Notes under the pieces: generated by a model | The model's database searches: none | What the model was told of the DNA's origin: nothing | Seen by the model: only the letters and a program-made list of their open reading frames with translations | Source of the DNA: Telmatocola sphagniphila | GTDB lineage: Bacteria > Planctomycetota > Planctomycetia > Gemmatales > Gemmataceae | NCBI RefSeq assembly: GCF_018398935.1 | Contig: NZ_CP074694.1 | Location: forward strand, 5,760,001 to 5,792,000 | Direction: 5' to 3' | DNA length: 32,000 nucleotides | Position numbers and translations under genes: made by a program | Shown here: in pieces, positions 16,448 through 24,036 of the stretch | Numbering within the stretch: the stretch's first letter is position 1 | How the letters are laid out: every line of letters begins with the position of its first letter

Positions 16448-16750
16448 GTCTGTTGCGGCCGCAGCCCGGACGCAGCCAACCTCGGGGAAGAGGAACGAGT
16501 TCGCTGGCGAAATCAGGCGAGGCAATGGCTGCGGGCCGACCTTGTTGCCTGGAAGAAAGCTTTGAAAAGCAACGACAAAACGATCCGAAGTATTCTGATC
16601 CCAAAGCTGTCGAATTGGTTGGTAGACAATGACCTGGCAGGCGTTCGCAATCCAGCCGAGCTAAATAAATTGCCCATTGATGAAAAGAAAGAATGGCTCG
16701 CACTTTGGGATGAGGTGAGCACTTTGATCAAACGGATTGAAGAGAAGTAG
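16448..16750 (+). other. in-frame continuation of the kinase ORF after TAA 16445-16447 (100 codons to TAG 16748-16750)
   Basis: It is in the same frame as 13376 (16448-13376 is divisible by 3). The translation is VCCGRSPDAANLGEEERVRWRNQARQWLRADLVAWKKALKSNDKTIRSILIPKLSNWLVDNDLAGVRNPAELNKLPIDEKKEWLALWDEVSTLIKRIEEK. This resembles the C-terminal tail I recall at the end of many planctomycetal TPR kinases (...DLAGVRD...LAKLP..ER..W..LW.DV..LL). Confidence 0.65.
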
Positions 16751-16979
16751 ATTCTTAATTTGTTGTTTACTTGACAGATATAAACGCCTTTCAGATTCCA
16801 CTCACATCACTTTTACTTTTTTCGCAAACACATTGTTTCCTCGGTTGCTCGTCATTCTAAAGGTGTTGACATGCCACGCTTAGTAGTGCAACCGGAAGGG
16901 AATGAGCGAATTGCTAATGCGAGAAACGAACCAAAGAATCATAGGTACCCTTAAATAGAACGAATGAAAGATCTTAAAT

Positions 16980-17159
16980 ATGAGAACGATCAACAAATTT
17001 CTTGAGATGGACTCGCGCGCAGACCGAGTCAGCACTACGGTAACTCGAATCGGTCTTGTCGTAGTGCTAATCTGGATTGGCAGCATCAAATCTCTCGACT
17101 ACGAAGACGAAGGTATCGTTCCTTTCGTAGCAAACGGCCCATTGATGGGTTTTTTCTAA
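16980..17159 (+). pseudogene. DUF417 (YkgB-like) membrane protein, N-terminal fragment only
   Basis: This 59-aa ORF falls below the track cutoff: MRTINKFLEMDSRADRVSTTVTRIGLVVVLIWIGSIKSLDYEDEGIVPFVANGPLMGFF*. It matches the start of DUF417 proteins as I remember them (R.Glvivf.WiG..Kft.yEaegI.P.v.nSPlm). Full-length members are about 3 times longer. Confidence 0.45.
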
Positions 17160-17222
17160 AAACAACCCGCAGGTGATTAAGCCAACTTTCAGTTGTAAAT
17201 TCCTTAACTTGGAGATACTCCT

Positions 17223-18191
17223 ATGAACCGTTCGAAGCGATTATCGCTGGCGCTTTTCCTGATTGCGGCCAGCGTTTGGGCAACCTTTCCAACTGTTCCG
17301 GTTTCTGCACAGCAACCCTCTCAGGTGCTCTACAAAACCGTCAAGGTTAAAGATCTGGACATTTTCTATCGAGAGGCTGGCCCCAAGGAAGCTCCGACGC
17401 TACTCCTGCTTCATGGTTTTCCCACCAGTTCGCAGATGTTCCGCAATTTGATACCTGCAGTGGCTGACAAATATCATGTCGTCGCGCCCGACTATCCCGG
17501 CTATGGCCACAGTTCCATGCCGTCGCGCGACAAGTTTAGTTATACATTCGACAACTTGGCAAAAGTGATCGACGAGTTCACTGAAAAGATCGGGCTATCG
17601 AAATACGCCATCTATGTGCAGGATTACGGCGCGCCGGTCGGTTATCGGCTCGCAGTTAAACACCCGGAGAGGATCAGCGCCATCGTGGTTCAGAACGGTA
17701 ATGCTTACGAAGAAGGGCTCGACAATGACTTCTGGAAGCCCATTAAAGCGTATTGGAAAGAACCCAAGAGCAAGGAGAAGCGGGACGCACTTCGTTTTGT
17801 AACCAAATATGAAACAACCAAGTGGCAGTACACACACGGCGTGAGGAATTCGGAACTCGTCAGTCCAGATGGGCCGGCACACGATCAGTTCCATATGGAT
17901 CGTCCAGGAAACGATGAGATCCAACTCGATCTGTTGCTCGACTATAGCAGCAACCCGCCTCTCTATCCCTCCTGGCAAGGATATTTTCGAAAGTACCAGC
18001 CACCGATGTTAATCGCCTGGGGAAAAAACGACCAATCCTTTACAACCGCCGGGGCTGAACAATACAAACGCCACCTAAAAACCCTTCATTACCACCTTCT
18101 CGACGCGGGTCACTTCGCCCTGGAAACCAACGGCGATGAGATTGCAGGGCTGATGAAAGAGTTCCTTGGTAAGTATGTAGGTAAAAAGTAA
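17223..18191 (+). CDS. secreted alpha/beta hydrolase (epoxide hydrolase / haloalkane dehalogenase-like)
   Basis: GGAGA lies upstream of the ATG, and there is a signal peptide ([31 protein letters not shown]). The motifs are [18 protein letters not shown] and DAGHFALE. It is a paralogue of 8663..9526 but carries an export signal. Confidence 0.85.
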   Translation: MNRSKRLSLALFLIAASVWATFPTVPVSAQQPSQVLYKTVKVKDLDIFYREAGPKEAPTLLLLHGFPTSSQMFRNLIPAVADKYHVVAPDYPGYGHSSMPSRDKFSYTFDNLAKVIDEFTEKIGLSKYAIYVQDYGAPVGYRLAVKHPERISAIVVQNGNAYEEGLDNDFWKPIKAYWKEPKSKEKRDALRFVTKYETTKWQYTHGVRNSELVSPDGPAHDQFHMDRPGNDEIQLDLLLDYSSNPPLYPSWQGYFRKYQPPMLIAWGKNDQSFTTAGAEQYKRHLKTLHYHLLDAGHFALETNGDEIAGLMKEFLGKYVGKK

Positions 18192-18213
18192 ACTCATCCA
18201 GAGTTTAGCGACC

Positions 18214-18462
18214 ATGCGGGTAATCGAGGATGATCCAAACCTTCTGGAGAAGCTTCGTGATCGCGATTATCCTGGAAGAGTAGAACGAGTAATCTTATTT
18301 ACTCTCGAAGCGTGGGATATCAACTGCCAGCAGCATATCCATAAGCGGTATTCGGAACGACAATTGGTACCGCTCCTCGAACCCTTACGAAGTCGCATCC
18401 GTGAACTCGAAGCCGAGTGGGCAAGGATGCGAAAAGGCATGAGTGGAGTGGGTACGAAATGA
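18214..18462 (+). pseudogene. pyridoxamine-5'-phosphate-oxidase-family protein, C-terminal fragment
   Basis: RVIEDDPNLLEKLRDRDYPGRVERVILFTLEAWDINCQQHIHKRYSERQLVPLLEPLRSRIRELEAE matches the C-terminal third of a PNPOx-like family I recall (...VVEDDPELL..L....Y.g..ER.ilF.veAwD.NCpQHI..Ry). The upstream frame runs into the hydrolase gene, so the FMN-binding barrel is missing. Confidence 0.5.
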
Positions 18463-18487
18463 ACGAAACCATTTGAGAATTATTCTC

Positions 18488-21400
18488 ATGTCCTTGGATA
18501 AAACGATTACTCTCCCACCCGTAATCTCCAATGAAACGCTGAGTCTCCCCGCACTGATCTGTGGAGATACAGAAAAATCGAAGCGTTCGCCCAATATGTT
18601 AGGTCGTTACAGAATTCTCGAGAAAATGGCCGAAGGAGGCATGGGCGTCATCCATCGCGCATACGATGAAATCTTAAAGCGCGAAGTTGCCTTAAAAGTG
18701 GTCCACGATAAGGTTGCCGATGATTCAAATATCCTGAATCGATTTTTAGAGGAAAGCCGAATCACCAGTCAGTTGCAGCATCCAGCGATCCCTCCCATAC
18801 ACGATCTCGGCACTCTTCCTGATGGTCGGCCCTATCTGGCTATGAAACTTATCCAAGGACATACCCTCTCAGTCCTACTACCTACGCTTACATCTATCGG
18901 TCAAAAACTAGGTATCTTTGAAAGTGTCTGTCAGGCAGTCGCCTATGCTCATTCAAAAAATGTCATCCATCGCGATTTGAAGCCGCTCAATGTAATGGTC
19001 GGCGCTTTTGGCGAAACCCAAGTCATAGATTGGGGTTTGGCTAAAGTACTAAAAAGCCAGTCTAATCTTCAACATCCGAGGGGTGAATTAACACATGGTG
19101 CGGAAACCGATAATCCAGAAGAGAAAATTGGTGATCCTGCTGAAACCGTGGATGGCTGTGCAGTGGGAACCTATGCCTATATGTCGCCTGAACAAGCACG
19201 GGGTGAAGTATCTCTGGTATGCCTCCCATCGGATGTCTTTGGGCTCGGTGCAATCCTTTGCGAATTGCTGACAGGGCAACCCCCCTATGTGGGATCGGAA
19301 AAGCAGCCGACCAATCTATTGGCGAAGACGGCAAATTTAAACGACGCGAAGAATCGGATTGAACAATGTGAGTTCGAATCAGAATTAAAAGCTATCGCTT
19401 TGAAATGTCTGAACCCGAGTTGTGAGCTCCGTTTTGCAAACGCGCTCGAACTAGCGGTAGCGTTAGAAAAATATCGTCAAGAGAGTGTCTGGCGAGCAAA
19501 ACAAGCCGAGTTGAGTGAAGCAAAAGCAATGGCTCGGCGGCAGTTTTGGGTAATCCTCTCTTGCATTCTATTGGGCTGCACTTTCGCATTCATATTGCTC
19601 TATCTGAAAGCGGACTGGCAACGGAAAATGGCTGTTCAGGCAAGAGAAGAACTCGACGGCAAAGTAGCCTCCCTGTCTATCGCAACCCAATTCGCGGCCG
19701 ATGCCGCGTTTGCCGAGAACCGCATTCCTCGCGCCAATGAACTACTGGATGAAGTACCGTTGAAGTTTCGCGGTATCGAATGGGGCATTCGAAAGAATCA
19801 ATTCTATGGCAGCTATGCAACTCTTTATGGGCACTCGGATCGAGTGATGAGCGTATCGTTCAGTCCAGACGGCCGACGGATCGCCTCGGGGGCTCAGGAT
19901 AAGTTGATTAAAGTCTGGAATACGGTAAGTGGAGAGGAACAATATACGTTGAAAGGGCATACGGATCGAGTGACGAGTGTATCGTTCAGTCCGGATGGCC
20001 GACGAATCGCTTCAGGTTCGCATGATAAGACGATTAAAGTCTGGAATGCAGAGACGGGGGCGGTACAGCTTACGTTAACCGGGCACACGGGTCGGGTTTT
20101 GTGCGTCTCATTTAGCCCAGACAGCCAGAGGATCATCTCAGGATCAGAGGACAAAACTCTCAAGATTTGGAATGCAGATAGTGGTGCTGAGCAAATGACT
20201 TTGAACGGACATACAGGCGATGTGACGAGTGTATCGTTCAGTCCTAGTGGCCATCGTATCATTTCTGGCTCACGCGATGCATCAATAAAGATTTGGGATG
20301 CGGAGACCGGTGCGAACGTAAAGACTATGAAAGGGGATTCGGGCTCAGTACAACAAGTTTCTTTCAGTCCCGATGGTAGGCGAATCGCATCCGGAACCAG
20401 CAGGGCAGTCAAAGTCTGGGATGCGAATTCTGGAATCGAATTGCTTATATTAAAAGGACACGCGCGCGGGGTATCCTCGGTTGTGTTCAGTCCGGACGGT
20501 CGCTGGATCGTTTCAGGATCCTGGGATAGCACTTTAAAAATATGGGATGCAGATACAGGAATAGAACGGGCGACACTAAAAGGGCATACAGGCAGTGTGG
20601 AGAGCGTTTCGTTTAGTCCTGGGGGGCAAAACATCGTCTCAGGCTCATATGATATGACTTTGAAATTTTGGAGCCTGGAGAGCGGAGCGGAACGGCTGAC
20701 TCTAAGAGAGTACAACGGTTCTGTAAAATGTGCTTCGTTCAGTCCTAATGGCCAACATATAGTTTCTGGATCGGAATTCGGAACGATGAAGCTTTGGAAT
20801 GCGAACACCGCTATGGAAAAGTCAACTTTTTCAAGGCATTCCAAAGGCGTCACGAGTATGGGTTTTAGTTCAGATGGTCAACGCATTATCTTAGGTTCAG
20901 AAGATAGGACAGTGAAGCTATGGAATGCATATACTGCTAAAGAAATGGCATCTTTGCAAGGGCACACCGGTGAGGTAACTAGTGTGTCATTCAGTCCAAA
21001 CGGTCGGCTGATTGTCTCTGGTTCTCAAGACAAGACGATTAAAATTTGGGATGTGAAGACCGGAGCTGAACGGTTCACATTAAAAGGTCACACGGGTCGG
21101 GTATCGAGTGTGTCGTTCAGCCCTGATAATCGACGTATTGTGTCCGGATCAAATGATCAGACGTTGAAGGTTTGGGACACGGAAAGTGGCGTGGAACTTT
21201 TAACACTGAAAGGTCACACGATGGCAGTATTGAGTGTGTTATTCAGTCCAGATGGACGGCGCATCGTCTCGGGATCATTCGACGATATTGTGAAGGTGTG
21301 GGACGTAGAAAATGGAGTGGAACTGCTGTCGCTTAAAGGGCATCAAGGCGCCGTGGAAAGCGTATCGTTCGGTCCCGATGGTAAGAGAATAGTTTCAGGA

Positions 21401-22234
21401 TCCAGAGATAGAATGGTAAAGATTTGGGATGCCAATAGCGGGTCTGAACTGTTGACACTGAAAGGGCATACGAGTCCGGTCTGTTACGTATCGTTCAGTC
21501 CTGACGGGCAACGAATCATTTCAGAAAGTAATGATGGGACGATGAAAGTTTGGGAGGGAGAAAGCAAGTCGAATCGACTCATCTTAAAAGGACACACGAG
21601 TATTGTGGATACGGTGTCGTTTAGCTCGAATGGCGAGATGATTGTCTCGGCAGCCGATAGGATCGTAAAAGTATGGAATGCGAAAACTGGAGAAAACATC
21701 CTCACCCTTAAAAGCGACATCGAAGGGATCAAATGTGTCTCATTTTCTTCTGACAACCGAAGAATCATGGCGAAATCTTGGGACGATAAAGTACAGGTTT
21801 GGGGCGTAGGGACGGGGGAGGAACTTAAAGAGGAAATTGATCGGGAATTCTTCCTCTCAGTAAATCCGAAGCATCCCACGAAAAATTGGTGGTTGCACTG
21901 CGAAGGTGACCGGGTAATTGTTTTCGACCGCAATCTCACTGAAAGCGAACTCGCTTATCGCAAGAGTAAAGTAATCTTCAAACCATTTGAAGCAAATGAA
22001 GAATACAAAGCATCAAACACACTGTACGCGAAAGCGTTCTGGAAGAGCCGATTCGCCTTGAATATTCCTAACAAAGCAGAGTACTGGGACTCTTTCCGCA
22101 AAGAGTGTATCGACGAACCCACCTGGCGACTGATGAAACAAACCTGCGATTTGGTTTTACAAAGGGGACCGAATGAACGGGCCATGACTGAAGGCGAATG
22201 GGCACTATCTCAGTTGGTGAAAGTTTCGAAGTAG
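18488..22234 (+). CDS. membrane Ser/Thr protein kinase with 16 WD40 repeats
   Basis: The ORF is 18443..22234; the start is uncertain (ATG 18443 or 18488). The kinase motifs are MAEGGMGVIH, VALKVV, HRDLKPLNVMV, DWG (in place of DFG) and YMSPEQ. One TM segment follows (FWVILSCILLGCTFAFILLYL), then 16 units of 41-42 aa of the type GHTxxVxSVSFSPDGRRIVSGSxDxTIKVWD. A unique tail of about 140 aa ends the protein. Confidence 0.9.
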   Translation: MSLDKTITLPPVISNETLSLPALICGDTEKSKRSPNMLGRYRILEKMAEGGMGVIHRAYDEILKREVALKVVHDKVADDSNILNRFLEESRITSQLQHPAIPPIHDLGTLPDGRPYLAMKLIQGHTLSVLLPTLTSIGQKLGIFESVCQAVAYAHSKNVIHRDLKPLNVMVGAFGETQVIDWGLAKVLKSQSNLQHPRGELTHGAETDNPEEKIGDPAETVDGCAVGTYAYMSPEQARGEVSLVCLPSDVFGLGAILCELLTGQPPYVGSEKQPTNLLAKTANLNDAKNRIEQCEFESELKAIALKCLNPSCELRFANALELAVALEKYRQESVWRAKQAELSEAKAMARRQFWVILSCILLGCTFAFILLYLKADWQRKMAVQAREELDGKVASLSIATQFAADAAFAENRIPRANELLDEVPLKFRGIEWGIRKNQFYGSYATLYGHSDRVMSVSFSPDGRRIASGAQDKLIKVWNTVSGEEQYTLKGHTDRVTSVSFSPDGRRIASGSHDKTIKVWNAETGAVQLTLTGHTGRVLCVSFSPDSQRIISGSEDKTLKIWNADSGAEQMTLNGHTGDVTSVSFSPSGHRIISGSRDASIKIWDAETGANVKTMKGDSGSVQQVSFSPDGRRIASGTSRAVKVWDANSGIELLILKGHARGVSSVVFSPDGRWIVSGSWDSTLKIWDADTGIERATLKGHTGSVESVSFSPGGQNIVSGSYDMTLKFWSLESGAERLTLREYNGSVKCASFSPNGQHIVSGSEFGTMKLWNANTAMEKSTFSRHSKGVTSMGFSSDGQRIILGSEDRTVKLWNAYTAKEMASLQGHTGEVTSVSFSPNGRLIVSGSQDKTIKIWDVKTGAERFTLKGHTGRVSSVSFSPDNRRIVSGSNDQTLKVWDTESGVELLTLKGHTMAVLSVLFSPDGRRIVSGSFDDIVKVWDVENGVELLSLKGHQGAVESVSFGPDGKRIVSGSRDRMVKIWDANSGSELLTLKGHTSPVCYVSFSPDGQRIISESNDGTMKVWEGESKSNRLILKGHTSIVDTVSFSSNGEMIVSAADRIVKVWNAKTGENILTLKSDIEGIKCVSFSSDNRRIMAKSWDDKVQVWGVGTGEELKEEIDREFFLSVNPKHPTKNWWLHCEGDRVIVFDRNLTESELAYRKSKVIFKPFEANEEYKASNTLYAKAFWKSRFALNIPNKAEYWDSFRKECIDEPTWRLMKQTCDLVLQRGPNERAMTEGEWALSQLVKVSK
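19829..21805 (+). repeat. 16 tandem coding repeats of about 126 bp (WD40 units)
   Basis: DNA strings such as GTATCGTTCAGTCC(n)GA(y)GG recur with 126-bp spacing, and the protein units align without gaps except in units 5 and 15 (one residue shorter). Confidence 0.9.
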
Positions 22235-22666
22235 TTCTGAAGCTAAAGATCGAATTATTTAACGTTTTTCATGACTAAAAGATAATATTGAAGACTAAAT
22301 AATCGGTGCGTGAGATGAGCTGTAAATGCCGGTCGAAAAGGGCTCTGTCGCACATTTGGTGATAAACGATTATTAGATTGTGAGACATTCCTGTCGATTG
22401 TAGATGTTTCCAAATAATTGAAGGGAAAAGGCCGAGGGCTGAACCGGTTCTCCTTCATCTGAACACAAGGTTGAAAATCACGAATTGCTTGAGAATTGTG
22501 TCGAGCGGATGTATGCGTGTTAGAGAAAGGAATTCATCCGAAGAATTTTGAGGTCCGTAGGACTGGAGCTGATCCTGGTGAGATTCTTTTTCGAGAGTGG
22601 ATGCTTTTCCAAATCCTAAATCACTTGTTTCCAACCTTATAATTCCCGGATATTTATTGCACCAAC

Positions 22667-23981
22667 TGTGCGACAGAACCCCAGGGCCAGCGCGCACATT
22701 TGTGAATTCTGTGCAAGATAGATAAGGTTGCGCTGGGATTTGGAATGCGGTACAAAGTTCTCCGTGGAGTCAAGGACTGTCTTCAGGGAAGCTAAGCGAT
22801 GGGAAGACGCGGGATTACGATTGGCGAAGTGTTGTGTCACTTTGAAGAGTTGGAAGATCTTCGTTCGGAGATCAACCGGAAACACCCTTTGGAAAGTGTG
22901 ATCGTCATAGCCTTACTCGGAGTGCTGTCCCGAGCCTCGGGCCCGACTGGAATCGCGACTTGGGCGAATCTGAACGCCGACTTTCTGCAGTCGCTGCTGC
23001 ATCTACCCCATGGAATTCCGGGAAAGGATGTTTTTCGACGAGTTCTGTGCGCTTTGAAACCCGAAGCGTTCCAGCAGTGTTTTTCGAATTGGATTAAAAC
23101 ATTGCGTACGGCCGCAGCGCAGGCCACGGAGAATGATCGTCCCACCTTGGCCGTGGACGGCAAGACTTTGCGACGCAGTCATGACGTTCAAAACGGCTTG
23201 GGTCCTTTGCACTCTGTTTCGGTTTGGGCGAGCGAGTATGGAATCACGCTGGCCCAAGTGGCGACCGACGAAAAATCGAACGAAATCACGGCCATTCCTC
23301 GAATTTTGCAGTTGGTCGACTTCAAAGGAGCGATCGTCGCGATCGATGCCCTGGGGACTCAGAAAGCCATTGCCGAGCGAGTCGTCGATGGGGGTGGGGA
23401 TTTCGTATTGGCACTCAAAAGGAACCAGGAGAAATTGCTCGATGGCGTCGAAGATTACCTCGTCGAACAAATGGAGAAGGACTTTGCGGATGTCAAAGCT
23501 CGCCGACGGGTCGCGCAAGAAACGGGCCATGGTCGTACCGAGACGCGGGAATATATCCAGTTAGAGGCTCCCAGTACCTTGCCCGGCTTGAAGCATTGGA
23601 AGAAACTGAAAACCATCGGTCTGGTGCATTTGACGTCCCTTCGCAACGGCCAGGAAACCACCCGAGTGCGTTACTTCATCAGCAGTCTGCCCATGGGGAT
23701 CAAACAATTTGCCCAAGCGACCCGGAACCATTGGGGTATTGAGAACAGTTGCCATTGGAGTTTAGATGTCACCTACCGAGAAGACGATTCACGAATTCGG
23801 CACGTCGATGCGCGGGAGAATTTCGCATGGTTGAATCGCTTCACGCTCTCACTGCTGAAACAACACCCGGGCAAAGGAAGTCTGGTCATGAAACGCCGAT
23901 CCTGTGGCTGGAATTCCAAGTTCTTGCTCGAAGTACTTACAGCTGTAAGAAGTTAGTTGCCGCTGGTCCTGGGTGTCATAC
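22667..23981 (+). mobile_element. ISAs1-family insertion sequence (boundaries approximate)
   Basis: A single transposase ORF is flanked by imperfect inverted repeats. The left repeat is GTGCGACAGAACCCCAGGGCCAGCG (22667-22691). The reverse complement of 23961-23981 is GTATGACACCCAGGACCAGCG. They match 18/21 with a 4-nt gap, and the inner 13-mer matches 12/13. The length of about 1.3 kb fits the family. I saw no target duplication. Confidence 0.6.
22799..23956 (+). CDS. ISAs1-family (H-repeat-associated) transposase
   Basis: 385 aa. The N-terminal part is FEELEDLRSEINRKHPLESVIVIALLGVLSRASGPTGIATWA (DDE_Tnp_1-associated). It also has LAVDGKTLRRSHD, SNEITAIPRILQLVDFKGAIVAIDALGTQKAIA and NHWGIENSCHWSLDVTYREDDSRIR, all typical ISAs1 blocks. 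Confidence 0.9.
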   Translation: MGRRGITIGEVLCHFEELEDLRSEINRKHPLESVIVIALLGVLSRASGPTGIATWANLNADFLQSLLHLPHGIPGKDVFRRVLCALKPEAFQQCFSNWIKTLRTAAAQATENDRPTLAVDGKTLRRSHDVQNGLGPLHSVSVWASEYGITLAQVATDEKSNEITAIPRILQLVDFKGAIVAIDALGTQKAIAERVVDGGGDFVLALKRNQEKLLDGVEDYLVEQMEKDFADVKARRRVAQETGHGRTETREYIQLEAPSTLPGLKHWKKLKTIGLVHLTSLRNGQETTRVRYFISSLPMGIKQFAQATRNHWGIENSCHWSLDVTYREDDSRIRHVDARENFAWLNRFTLSLLKQHPGKGSLVMKRRSCGWNSKFLLEVLTAVRS

Positions 23982-24036
23982 GCTCTCCACTTTCTGATTC
24001 AGCCCATTAGTGCACATAATCACATATGTGAAATGA

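Noticed and set aside
16765-16772. Third copy of GTTTACTT (the ISL3 target duplication sequence) downstream of the kinase gene
   Set aside because: A single extra 8-mer match in 32 kb on two strands is about what chance predicts. No IS end is adjacent.
19894-20853. 319-aa ORF on the minus strand inside the WD40 kinase gene
   Set aside because: It is antisense to a strongly supported gene. The periodic, repeat-derived translation (…SGLNETL…PVCPF…) is the mirror image of the WD40 repeats, which simply lack stop codons in that frame.
22837-23755. Several minus- and plus-strand ORFs overlapping the ISAs1 transposase (22837..23163, 23003..23530, 23133..23564, 23224..23742, 23561..23755)
   Set aside because: All overlap the well-supported transposase frame and have low-complexity translations.
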